From Octopus bimaculoides (taxonomy: Eukaryota), in contig NC_068986.1 of assembly GCF_001194135.2 (NCBI RefSeq), positions 81,341,485-81,405,484 of the forward strand: a DNA stretch of 64,000 bases. Reading direction: 5' to 3'. The notes below the pieces were generated by a model, which saw only the letters and a program-made list of their open reading frames with translations, was not told where the DNA came from and searched no databases. Positions 43,301 through 52,900 of the stretch are shown here, in pieces (position 1 is the stretch's first letter; every line of letters starts with the position of its first letter). Both the position numbers and the translations under genes were made by a program.

Positions 43301-46300
43301 CTTAAATGCAGTACAGGTTGTGGAGCCGGACAGTATAACAGCACAACCAGAAGAAACAACTCTAGCAGAGAGCAATGCTATTCTGTCACAAGAGATCACT
43401 GATTCCAGTAAAACAATTGAGGTTTTGTCACCTTCTGTTAAGACTTACAATGAGGTTGCTTGTAACACAGAGGACAGTGACAATCTTGATGAGGTCGATG
43501 ATGTGGAACTAGATCAACCAAAGGCAATTGTAAAGAAGATGAACATTGAAACAATTAAAAATCAAACTTCACGGCGCCAACAAAAGAGTGTTACTGTACA
43601 TGTACCAGAAAAGACTGTCGAAGATCACTTGAGTGAAGAGGTGCAGAATGCTGTCGACAATATAAAACCTGATGTTAGTGACATCCATATAGCTGATGAT
43701 GTGTCTGCATTAACGTCAATGATTCAGAGGAGACAGAATGCAGCAGAGAGCAAGATACAAGAAACTATTGTGTCGACAGTTGAAAGTGATGTGGAGATGA
43801 CAAAAGCTGAAGAGATTGTCAAGGAAATTGAACTGGCTGAAGCTGAAGAATTTGAAGAATCAGTGGATGGCAACCAGACTGAAAATACTAGCATGGTAGA
43901 CAGTAAGGCATTTTTAACAAAGAAAACTAAAGGGAAACGTATGAAACGGAAGAAACAGCTTGCTTGTAATATTTGTGGCTTAATGTTTGGAGGCCCTGTA
44001 ACATTGCAAGGTGAGTATATCTCTTTATATTGTTATAAAAAGTATATGCATACATATGTGTATTTGTATGTGTGTAAAATCTCTTATTGTGAGTTGTGTT
44101 TGACTTCCTACAGTCCCATATTGTAAAGTGTATGTTCATTTGGTCTTTATTTTTTTACCTCTGCAAGATTATTACCTATTATTGAGGCATTGTTTTACAG
44201 CCAGATGCCTTTCTTTTCAATAATTCTTTCTTGTTTTTCAAGCAAGGCATATGGACATCTTATTCCACACAACTTCAAAGTTGCAAGCCCACAGATGGCC
44301 TGTAACTGAGTGATTTTTTTGAAACATGCAAATGTAAATAAATACACATGCACACATACATACATGTATATGCATAATCTTTTTTTCTTTTCATTTTAAT
44401 GTCCATTTTTCCTTGCTTACATTGGTCAAACAACATTTATTGAACCAGATTTCTATGGTCAGATGCCTTTCCTGTGTAACCCTAACCTATTTCCAAGCAA
44501 GGTAATATTACCCCATTGCTCGATATATTTTCATAGAAAATCGGAAATAAATAACATCAATTGTATAATGATGTTACTTATTTACAACTATTACTCATCA
44601 AGATAAGGACACACATACATGTACACATATGATGGGTTTCTTTCACTTTCTTTATCGTCATCATTTACCATCCACTTTTCCAATGCTTGCATGGATGGAG
44701 TTGATTGAAGCTAATTTTCTACTGCCAGATGCCCTTTCTGATACCAACCATCACCTATTTCCAAGCAGGTAATGTTTATTTATGACCAGGCATTTTTTTG
44801 CTGAATATGGGAAATGACTGCCTTTGCTTATATGATGGTAACACTCATTTACAGCTATCTCATGATGTTAAGACAAGGGCCCCACCACCGCCGCACACAT
44901 ATACAATGAATTTTTTTCACTTTCCATCCATTCATAAGGCTTTGATCAGCTTGGAGCTATAGTAGAAGACACTTAACTCAAGATGCCACACAGTGAGGCT
45001 GAACCTAAAACCATGTGGTTGAGAAGCAAACTTATTAACCACTTGCCACGCCTGCACCTATACACCAGGACTAATAAAAGAACATGCCACATCAGATTGT
45101 AGTCTGGTGCAACCTTCTAGCTTGCCAGTCCTGGTCAAACTGTCCAATCCATGCCAGTTTGGACTACAGATATTAAATGATGATGATGATGATGATGATA
45201 ATGATTTGCACGTGTGGGTGGGGTATATGCATATGTATTGCTATAATATTTTCATTGTAAAACTCCAAGGTGTGTGTACACTAATAATGTAGGTTGTATA
45301 CAACTTATTTTAATGTGTGTATCTGTATACATTCTTGTGACGTGTGTATCCCTCCCTTTGTGGATTTATTGTTTAGCTGCATGTTGTTCCAAGTATGACC
45401 ATCCTGGCAGAGTTGTGACAGTGAGACTATGTTACTGAACCATGGTGACAATAGGACAGAATTATTGTATTATGATGACAATGGAATTGTGTTATTGTAC
45501 TTTGATGACGGTAAGATAATGTTATTTTGCTGTGGTCTAGTGTTGATATGATCTCATTTTTCTTTTGCCAGTTCATATGAGTACACACTCTGGTCAAAAG
45601 CCTTTTGGTTGTGATGTTTGTGGCAAGCGATTTACTGAACGGAAATATGTTCGTATCCACATGAGACGTCACACAGGAGAGAAACCATATCTGTAAGTAG
45701 AATTTGTATCAGGACTGTTGCATGTTGTCACTGTTTAACTTCTGGTCAAGCTTGATCCAACAAACCTTTGATGAAAGGCATTCCATCCTTGTCTGTTTGC
45801 CCTTCCTTTTCTTTTCTGCCAGTATATTGTTTTTGAAGGTTATGCTTTCCATTGTGTCATTTCCTCCCCCATTTTTAAAGGTTAAATGTGGTGATGAAAA
45901 TTTGGCTGCTATTTCTTCCAGAACAAGCAATCACATCAAGATTTCCTTGGCACATTATGGCTATTATTTGTTATGATGTCATACAGTTGTGTCAATACAG
46001 ATATGTTGTGTATAGAGTTGTTTGTTTTGATGTTACATTTATATTAGAATTATCACATCTTTTACTGCTGTCCATTGCAGATGCTTTTTACTAAGACTTA
46101 TAGGAAGGAAACAATTTAGTATGTTGTGGTTTCCTTGTTTTGTGCATACCTATAATGCAATGGTTACTGCCAATGTTAGGTTTCATGCTGTATGAGTATT
46201 TCTCATGGTGACCCCGCATACATAACGTAGCTATTACTGTGACCTAAGTGTAAGCATTCATCTTCAGAAACTACTTGAGTTACCAGTCACTTGCTAATTC

Positions 46301-49300
46301 TGAACAAAACTCAAGTAAGATATACACTGGAGTTCTGCTCACATATCTGAAGCGGTGCTGTTGTGATACTTCCAGGAAAAGACTGATTCCTTCATTAACA
46401 TACAATAACTTTTAGTCCATAGGTATTCTGTCTTCTCGATTTCTCCTAATGCTACTACAGGTACCACTTTGGTTCCAGAGCCTTTCTAGATCACTGATTT
46501 TTCCAAACAAGGAGTGGTCACCTGGGTCAACACACTCTAAATTTAACAAATATATAATTTACTTCAATAATTAAATGAAATACAGGTACTTGTATGTTAG
46601 TATAAATGATACAAGTTTATTAATACTCTACTGTGCAAAGTACCAGATAACTAGCCTGGTGGCTTTGGAAATTTGATGTTCCTGCTCTAAAATTAGTGCT
46701 GATTATAAGAGGTTCCATATCATCAAACCTATTTGGTATTTTTGTCACTTGTACTGTATCATGTCCTGCTGATCCTACACTGACAGCTTCCTCTTCTTCC
46801 TCCCACTTTTTTTTTGGGGGGGGGGGGGACAGAATCCTTAGCATGTCCAGCAAAATGCTTAATTTCATTTCTTTCAGCTCTTTATGTTCTGAGTTCAAAT
46901 TCCACTGAGGCCAACTTAGTCCTTCATCATTTCAGGGTCAATAAAATAGGTACTAGTCAACACCTTAAAACATTGCTGGCCTTCTTCAAAAATTAGAATA
47001 ATTTCAACACATTTTTTCATGCTAACATGATCACAGGATATGGCCTAGTCACCAATTTAGTAAATCAAGTTGTCCAGGAAGGAGTATATCCAATGGCTGG
47101 TGTAGCAGTATTATAGTCAACTGCTACAGAGAAAGGTGATGTCTCAGACAGAAGTAATTACAGGGGTATCAACTTACTGGACCAAGTGATGAAAGTTACA
47201 GAAAGGGTCATAGCTCAACTAATTGGGAGAAGAATTAACATGGATGAGATGCAGTTTGGTATAGTGCCAGGGAGAAGCATTACTGATGCTATTTTCCTAG
47301 TTAGGCAACTTCATGAGAATGCTTTTGACAGGGTTCTTTGCTCACTTATCTGGTGGTCAGTGCAAAAGCTAGGATAAATGAGTGATTGGTGAGAGCCATC
47401 CAAATCACGTACAGTGATGCTGTTGGTAAAGTGAAAGTTGGTGTTAAATACAGTGACAAATGTGTGCAGCTACGAGTTCATCAAGGATTGGTTCTCAGCT
47501 CCATCTTGTTTATCATAGTCCTCCAGGCCATAACTGAGGAATTTAAAACTGGTTGCCTTTGGGGGCTCCTCTATGCTAATGACTTTCTTATAGCTGAATC
47601 TCTCAGAGTTAGAGAAGAAATTTCAGGTATGGAAGTAAGGACTGGAATCTAAAGGCCTTAGAGTTACTTAGCAAAGACCAAAGTACTTGTAAGCAGGAAA
47701 ACAGACAAATTCCTAATCCCTTCAGGGAAATCGCCCTGTTCAATATGTAGAAAAGGTATAGGTAGAAATTCCATTCAGTGTACCCAGGGCATGCTATGGA
47801 CACATAAGAGATGCAGTGGAATCACAAGAAGGTTAAATGAGAAAATAGTATTTGTGTGTGGTTGATGGGCAGGAACAATAAATACTAAGGATATACAGGA
47901 AGTAGATTTCCTCAAATGTGCAGGGGCTCCTGCAAGTTTTTCTTGGCAGCATGTACCATACTTGCAGTAATTGTTTTAGAAGCCTATGTAGTTGTAAGCA
48001 AACATAAACACCCTTTCAACCATCCCTTCCTTGACCCTGTATAACATGCAGGATGTGACAGGTGAAGGATAGAGGAAGGAAGCACTTGGATGGTAATCAT
48101 TTTCAGTTGAGTAGACTATGTGCATATAATTATCATTTTAACATCTACTTTTCCATGCTTGCATGGGTTAGATGAGTGTGTTGGGGGAAGAGTTTTCTAC
48201 AGCAGGTTGCTCTTCCTGTCACTAACCCTACCTGTTTATAAGTGAGGTAATAATCTTTGTTTAACATCTACCTTCCATGCTGGCATCAGTTGGATGGTTT
48301 GACAGGAGCTCACCAGGTAGAAGACTACTCCAGGCTACTGTGTCTGTTTTTGGCATGGTTTTTACAGCTAGATGCCCTTCCTAACACCAACCACCCCACA
48401 GAGTGGACTGAGGGCTTGTGGTGTATTTTAATATGTATGTACTGTTGCTGAAATGCTGTAGTGGTTTATGTATACTCACATGTATTTTGGTGCATATATA
48501 CAAAATATTATGTGCATGCTGCTTTGTCTAATAGAATATTGACTCCCATGTATTTGTTGAGAGTTTCCAATAAAAGTTCATTTAAAGTGTTTCCAATTTT
48601 TTTTCTATTTGTGTATAGTGAAAATATCTTTGACCTCCAATTTGCAGGTGCAGTGTTTGTGGTAAAGGTTTCCCCAGGACCCAGTCTCTTTTAGCTCATA
48701 TGTCAGTTCATGAAAAAGACAAGGATCACATGCAGAAGTGTGAAATATGCAATCGACCATTTGCTTCTGATAATCGTTTGAATGCACATATGGAAGCCAA
48801 GCATCCTGCAGTTCCTAAAGTTTACAAATGTGCAGAATGCAGCCGTGTGTTCACTGCAATGAGTAAGTAATAGAATACTTGATCTTCTCTACTGCTACCT
48901 TTTTCTGTATGAAGTATATGTTAAAAGTATTGGGTTAATTGGATGAAGATGTTTAGTTTGATACATTAATTTTTATGTTAAACGAGAGCTGTGATGTTTA
49001 GATATAAGCCATGGAGTAAAAAGTTTTAAAATAGTTATTTGCTACTGTCTTTTGGTATGAGAAGCAGGGTGCTCTGCATACCTCAGTCTGTTTAGTTGAT
49101 GCCTTCGACTTTAGGATTTAGTGGTGAACAGTAACCAGGACACTGTTCTCTTTATGATGTGTACACAAGTGTTTTGTAATCAGCTTACTTAAATTAATTA
49201 CCTAAAATAATAAAATATATTCATTACATGTCATTTTTAAAAAAATCTTTTTAGGGAGTCTGAAGCGCCATATTGAGGCCCACATGGGTTTGAAACGCTA

Positions 49301-49754
49301 TGAGTGCCAGCATTGTGGTCGACGCTTTTTACGGAAAGAATATCTACGTAGCCATGCAGCTCAGCACACAGGAGAAATATACCCTGCACCTAAACGAAAG
49401 AAGCCTGACTTGCCATGTCCTCAGCTTAAGATAACTGTTGGTTCAAACACCTATTCTGTATTTACTTCTGATGCCACTGCTGCTGTCACTCCAGATCAAC
49501 AAGAAACTTGGGTTGCTGCTGAACTTGTCCAAAATGAAGAACAGATACAGGACCCAACCGAGACAGCACGAGCCACTGAAAGTGTTGAGCAGAGTGTTGA
49601 AGCACCTTTGTTTTTTATTGCTCCTAACCAAGTTGAATATGAGGTTGAGTGTACCTCAAGTGGTGGCACTGAACTGACTGAAGCAGATCTCACTGCTATC
49701 AACATTCTTGCTCAAGCTACACTCAATGCACCAAACACTCTGCCACTCACATGA
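12596..49754 (+). CDS. 14-exon gene, 1424 aa: domesticated Ginger/GIN1-like integrase (3x YPYY-H2C2, degenerate rve core) fused to AT-hook and 6 C2H2 zinc fingers
   Basis: Exons 12596-12893, 31276-31526, 33106-33275, 34100-34230, 34771-34924, 35029-35719, 37113-37338, 38375-38556, 39313-39577, 41948-42147, 43140-44010, 45572-45692, 48648-48862, 49255-49754. All introns are GT-AG. Phases 1,0,2,1,2,0,1,0,1,0,1,2,1 join without a stop and sum to 4275 nt. Motifs run continuously across junctions (H-x4-G^x-H, R^YG, R^EP, C2H2 fingers). Confidence 0.9.
14570..16060 (+). mobile_element. Decayed RTE-clade LINE reverse transcriptase
   Basis: Remnants of KAPG, EG-IP..W, KGD-L-R-NY, AF-DL and LLYA motifs with many frameshifts. 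Confidence 0.8.
17793..18042. other. Assembly gap (250 N)
   Basis: Run of N after a (TA)n tract. Confidence 0.99.
18043..18938 (+). mobile_element. Mariner transposase pseudogene in intron 1, ends hidden in assembly gaps
   Basis: MENKKVHF...[50 protein letters not shown]. Two in-frame TGA, one frameshift, and DNA motif changed to YNT. Confidence 0.93.
18939..19551. other. Assembly gap (613 N)
   Basis: Run of N truncating the mariner. Confidence 0.99.
19797..19923 (+). mobile_element. Short Helitron/Helentron-like non-autonomous element
   Basis: Starts ttacccccgccaaggagg; ends with hairpin GCGCTC-TCT-GAGTGC then TTTT-CTAG. Confidence 0.55.
23990..25000 (-). mobile_element. Decayed RTE-type LINE, 3' half
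   Basis: - strand reads [14 protein letters not shown] (QG motif) and [17 protein letters not shown] (RTE C-terminal motif). Confidence 0.75.
25289..25662 (-). mobile_element. Young (GAT)n-tailed SINE or short non-autonomous RTE-type element
   Basis: catcatc...tttaacgtccgctttccatgctagcatgggttggacg...gatgcccttcctaacgccaacc; near-identical to the other copies listed. Confidence 0.85.
26730..27110. repeat. (CT)n plus (CAC/CAT/TAC)n low-complexity tract
   Basis: Directly visible; produces spurious His/Pro/Thr-rich ORFs. Confidence 0.85.
28344..28648 (-). mobile_element. Young (GAT)n-tailed SINE copy
   Basis: Near-identical to 25289-25662. Confidence 0.85.
29820..30192 (-). mobile_element. tRNA-headed SINE with (CA)n core; older copies at about 7730-8095, 20725-20900, 32350-32520, 38810-38940, 44870-45060, 63120-63260
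   Basis: On the - strand: tggctatgtggtaagtagcttgc...ggttcagtcccactgcgtggcaccttgggcaagtgac; recurs many times. Confidence 0.8.
31276..31526 (+). CDS. Exon 2: second half of H2C2 module 1
   Basis: Acceptor tttctttgacag. (G)[36 protein letters not shown]...INHFWQK; donor AAG|GTAATC. Confidence 0.92.
32860..33070 (+). mobile_element. TTAA-type MITE; inverted copy at about 53585-53750
   Basis: ttaacctttagcattcagattactctgt... is shared with the reverse complement at 53585-53750. Confidence 0.6.
33106..33275 (+). CDS. Exon 3: start of integrase (rve) core
   Basis: [35 protein letters not shown]...LIA(R) matches the integrase pattern W-x-x-V-x-x-D-x-x-GP...I...D-x-x-S-x-W-x-EA; donor AG|GTGAGA. 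Confidence 0.9.
33812..34057. mobile_element. hAT-type MITE
   Basis: Termini cagtggtct...agaaccactg; 8-bp TSD only partly preserved. Confidence 0.6.
34100..34230 (+). CDS. Exon 4: integrase core, RYG region
   Basis: Acceptor ttttattag; completes R-Y-G; [43 protein letters not shown]; donor A|GTATGT. Confidence 0.85.
34771..34924 (+). CDS. Exon 5: integrase core C-terminal helices
   Basis: (N)[50 protein letters not shown](R) matches the W-D...TP...GREP-like pattern; donor AG|GTGAGA. Confidence 0.88.
35029..35719 (+). CDS. Exon 6: end of core, low-complexity linker with poly-Thr/Asn, AT-hook, basic NLS-like tracts
   Basis: EPCLPLS continues the core; contains [14 protein letters not shown] and KKGNKRKKR; donor GAT|GTAAGT. 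Confidence 0.9.
37113..37338 (+). CDS. Exon 7: YPYY motif and first His of module 2
   Basis: [36 protein letters not shown]...KAAHVLENG; donor G|GTAAGA. Confidence 0.9.
37350..37574. mobile_element. TTAA-type (piggyBac-like) MITE just after the exon 7 donor
   Basis: tgaacccttttgttacca ... tggtatcaaaaggattaa are inverted termini. Confidence 0.55.
37633..37830. repeat. Degenerate 33-35-bp tandem repeat, 5-6 copies
   Basis: atgtgtaagaatgtggtactacatgatagtggtac-like units start at 37633, 37666, about 37701, 37734 and 37769. Confidence 0.7.
38375..38556 (+). CDS. Exon 8: second half of H2C2 module 2
   Basis: (G)[35 protein letters not shown]; polypyrimidine acceptor ttttcttcctag; donor GCT|GTAAGT. 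Confidence 0.92.
39313..39577 (+). CDS. Exon 9: YPYY-like motif and first His of module 3
   Basis: [12 protein letters not shown]...[10 protein letters not shown]...[24 protein letters not shown]; donor CAG|GTAATA. Confidence 0.88.
41948..42147 (+). CDS. Exon 10: second half of module 3 (CC in place of CxxC)
   Basis: (G)[33 protein letters not shown]; donor ATT|GTAAGT. Confidence 0.9.
42211..42426 (+). mobile_element. Young (GAT)n-tailed SINE copy, 64 nt after the exon 10 donor
   Basis: Reverse complement of the 25289 copy, ending gatgatgatgat. Confidence 0.85.
43140..44010 (+). CDS. Exon 11: acidic spacer, basic tract and first half of C2H2 finger 1
   Basis: 871-nt open frame rich in E/D/S/T, ending [30 protein letters not shown]; acceptor ttatttcag; donor AAG|GTGAGT. 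Confidence 0.92.
45572..45692 (+). CDS. Exon 12: end of finger 1 and finger 2
   Basis: (V)[39 protein letters not shown](L); not in the ORF track; donor CT|GTAAGT. Confidence 0.93.
47030..47930 (+). mobile_element. Decayed RTE-clade LINE RT fragment in intron 12
   Basis: [23 protein letters not shown]...[28 protein letters not shown] and LLYAND. Confidence 0.88.
48648..48862 (+). CDS. Exon 13: fingers 3, 4 and start of 5
   Basis: [21 protein letters not shown]...[22 protein letters not shown]...[11 protein letters not shown]; donor A|GTAAGT. Confidence 0.93.
49255..49754 (+). CDS. Exon 14: end of finger 5, finger 6, acidic C-terminus, stop
   Basis: (R)[37 protein letters not shown]...PNTLPLT*. 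Confidence 0.92.
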
Positions 49755-49896
49755 ACCAGTTTTATTACAAATTCTGCTTCATCCATTTTTAACAAACCAA
49801 ACACCACTTTGCTGGTTTAATTTGGTTTTAATTAGCTCAAAGGACTCATAACATGAAAGGAAGAAACACTTCAAAAAAAGTTCTTGTTTGACATAC

Positions 49897-49902
49897 AATA
49901 AA
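49897..49902 (+). terminator. Candidate polyadenylation signal of the integrase-ZF gene
   Basis: AATAAA 143 nt after the stop; it runs into a genomic A-tract, so it is uncertain. Confidence 0.3.
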
Positions 49903-52900
49903 AAAAAAAAAGCACAACTGAAGCAATCAAAACAACTCTCGTATCCACTGAAAATTTCCACCTCAGCTTTTTACTTCTACTTCTTCCCTATCTATATACA
50001 TTTCAATTTTAGAATCTGTTTGAATTGTGCATCTTCTGTGTGTATGTATAGATATCCGTGCATGTAAGCATACATATATATATATACATACATGTATGTA
50101 TACATATACATATGCATGCATACCTTTTGAGCATTAGAGACTCCTATTTGAAAAGAATGGTTTGATATAAAATGCACAAATTCATTTGAAACCCCTCCAG
50201 AATTCACCGTCATTTCATATTTTCTCCGATTTTGTTACCTCTTGTGCTAGTTTAAGGTTTCTTTGTGTGTAAATATCTCCTCATTGCATCCTTCGATATC
50301 ATTATTAAACTGATTTACCATTAATTTGCATTTATTTCTCCTCCTTCTAGGGGTTTTTGTGTCTTTTTATTTTACTGTGAGAAGTAGATCTGTCCATCTT
50401 GCCTTATCATGAGGCAGCAAGAATGCACAAAGGTGTGGACAGATCTACCTAAAATGAATACCTCTCCATGTCTCTTCAACTTGTTTTATTGACAACCCTT
50501 TTAATTCTAACAAGAAAAGACAATGATACACTTGAAATTTTAGTTGGTTATAATTATTGAATTTTATTTACAGATTGCTTAAATAATTTCCTGTTATTAA
50601 CGGTAAATGTGAGGGAGTCAATAATCTACCTGCTTGTTTCACACTTCCTTCTCTCATTATTTTTCTCTCTCTCCACTTGACTTGGTTTGACACAACTGTT
50701 GACAAAGGCTCTCTCTCATTCCACTTCCTTCAAACTAATATTCACACTGCTGATGCATTACTGTTTGACCCTGCATTATCATGTGCCTTGTGGTATATTG
50801 TTCATAATAGTTCTGCTTTCTCTGTTGAGTCAAGTGATCACATTGAGGCTGCTGTTTCTTTGTAGCTACATTATGTCTCCCAGGTTAACACTGCTTTCTA
50901 GCCCATATGGCTGCCTTTAATAGGTTTCACTCTGAGGCAAACATTCAAATCAACTCCTAGCAAAGACTGAAAGCATTCTCTTTCATATGTACCTCTACAT
51001 CACACACATGCACACAACCAAAACAATGATCTTAAATCCCTTTTTACATTCACAGTTACAGTGCAGTAGTTTAAGGCTAAGAACACAGCGTTAGAGAACA
51101 TCACCCACTGCAGTTCTTGCAAGGCTATCATTCAAAATGCAAAGGATGCTTCTTGCCCATTAAACACCATCAATATGGCTTCAGTAAAACCAGATCTACA
51201 GAGCTGCTCTCTTCTGTCATTTACATGTAGGCTCCCATCTTCTTAAAATTTGGTGAAAATGGTGTTGTTTCTTGTGACAACCATAGCATTCAATTATATC
51301 TATGTGACACTCTTAGCCGAATTAATTGCTGTGGGTTCCACCCTAACTTGTCTCTTGGGCTGAGGATTCCTGTCATAATTGTGTCATCCGAGCATGTATT
51401 GGTGGAATTCTATTTGACCCATACTTTCTGACTGTTGTGCCCAAAGATTCTATTTTTCCCCCTCAATCTCTTTTTATCACACATTATTTACCCACCTACT
51501 GTTGACCTCCAGCCAACAGCACTCACTTTTAAGCAGATGGTATCACCCTTCAATCTTCCCTCACCCTCCACACCCAAGGATCATCCATATGTAACTGAGA
51601 CACCTTATACCAAAAGTATTCTTCAGTGGGGCCTTGCCAATCCTGTCAGACATTGTTACTCGTATCATGAAAATATCAAACTTCACTCATCTTAAACATG
51701 CAACAAGACACCTCAGTCACTACAAATCCTTGATTTTACTATCACCAAGGATGTCTTTTGGCAATCCCCCTTCTCAACACTGCAAAGTCTGCATAACAAG
51801 GATTGGTCTTTGCCTTTAGAGCCAGAAAATACCTAAGCCTCATACTCTGCTACCACACACATATATTTTAGATCATATCCAAAAAGTGGGATTCAACTGA
51901 TTAGCAACACACTCCACTTTTGGTCCTCAAACCTGCTGTCTCTGTCTTTATTACCTCTACTACAAACAGCACTCTGCTTGAATGAAAGTGTGAGAACTCT
52001 CCACTCTGGAATTCATTACTTACCTCACTGAACTTAGTGGGTCTTGGAAAGCTATAGATACAGTCCCTTTCTCCAGGCTGAATTTTTTAAATATTTCATG
52101 CAAATTAGGATTAATTCATGGCTAAGAACCTTTCATTATAATGGACTCATTTGAAATATAACTATTGTTAATTCCATGTACCATGAATAATTAGCACTAT
52201 CTGCTAATTTCACCTGGACTTTATTGACTAAATACTCCCCCCCCCCATACCTTATAATGCTGTTATACCAGTCTTTTGCTATAACACCCTCCTAAACTAC
52301 TTGGCATCAATCATCTTGAAGTGATGTAATCAATGCTTGAAGCAGAATTCTTTATCCAAATGTCCTGTTAGAAGGAAAAGAAAAATCAAACATTACAGGG
52401 AGATACTTTCTCAAAATTAATTTACGTGTTAAGGGAAAACCTGATCGTTGTGGCAAAGGTCACAAATACGGACATATTCCAGGCTATTAATTCTTGTCAG
52501 CATGGTATAAGTCTGCATCAGTTGAAATTTTCAGAGAAATATGTCGCGAATATAATGACATATTTTACATGCGCTAAGGGGAAATAACTCATGAACTAAT
52601 TGCAAGAATTTGGATAAAAACGGAGTTATGCGGGAACTTTCACCTTTCTACTAGAATATCCTACTTTAGATAATGTAAATCTTGCAGAATACATACTGGG
52701 AAGTTGTTTCAGTAGATCATTCAATAGCTTTCATTTTCTGATGTTGGGATTTTTAGCACTCTCTTTTGCCGTATTTTATGGAGATGGAATTGACTGAAAT
52801 TATTGTATGACTCTTCAATAATCCTGCTACTATTGACTGTGTGGATTGTTTCATTCTTCTAGCTAGATTTGTTTACAAAGAAGGAAGATCTTTTTCACAG

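Noticed and set aside
35045-44126. Stand-alone genes at ORFs 35045-35794 and 43191-44126
   Set aside because: They start at TTG/GTG and are internal exons 6 and 11 read past their donors.
12596-49754. Active Ginger transposon
   Set aside because: It spans 37 kb with TE-filled introns, no enclosing TIRs were seen, the DDE is degenerate, and host-type ZF exons are fused.
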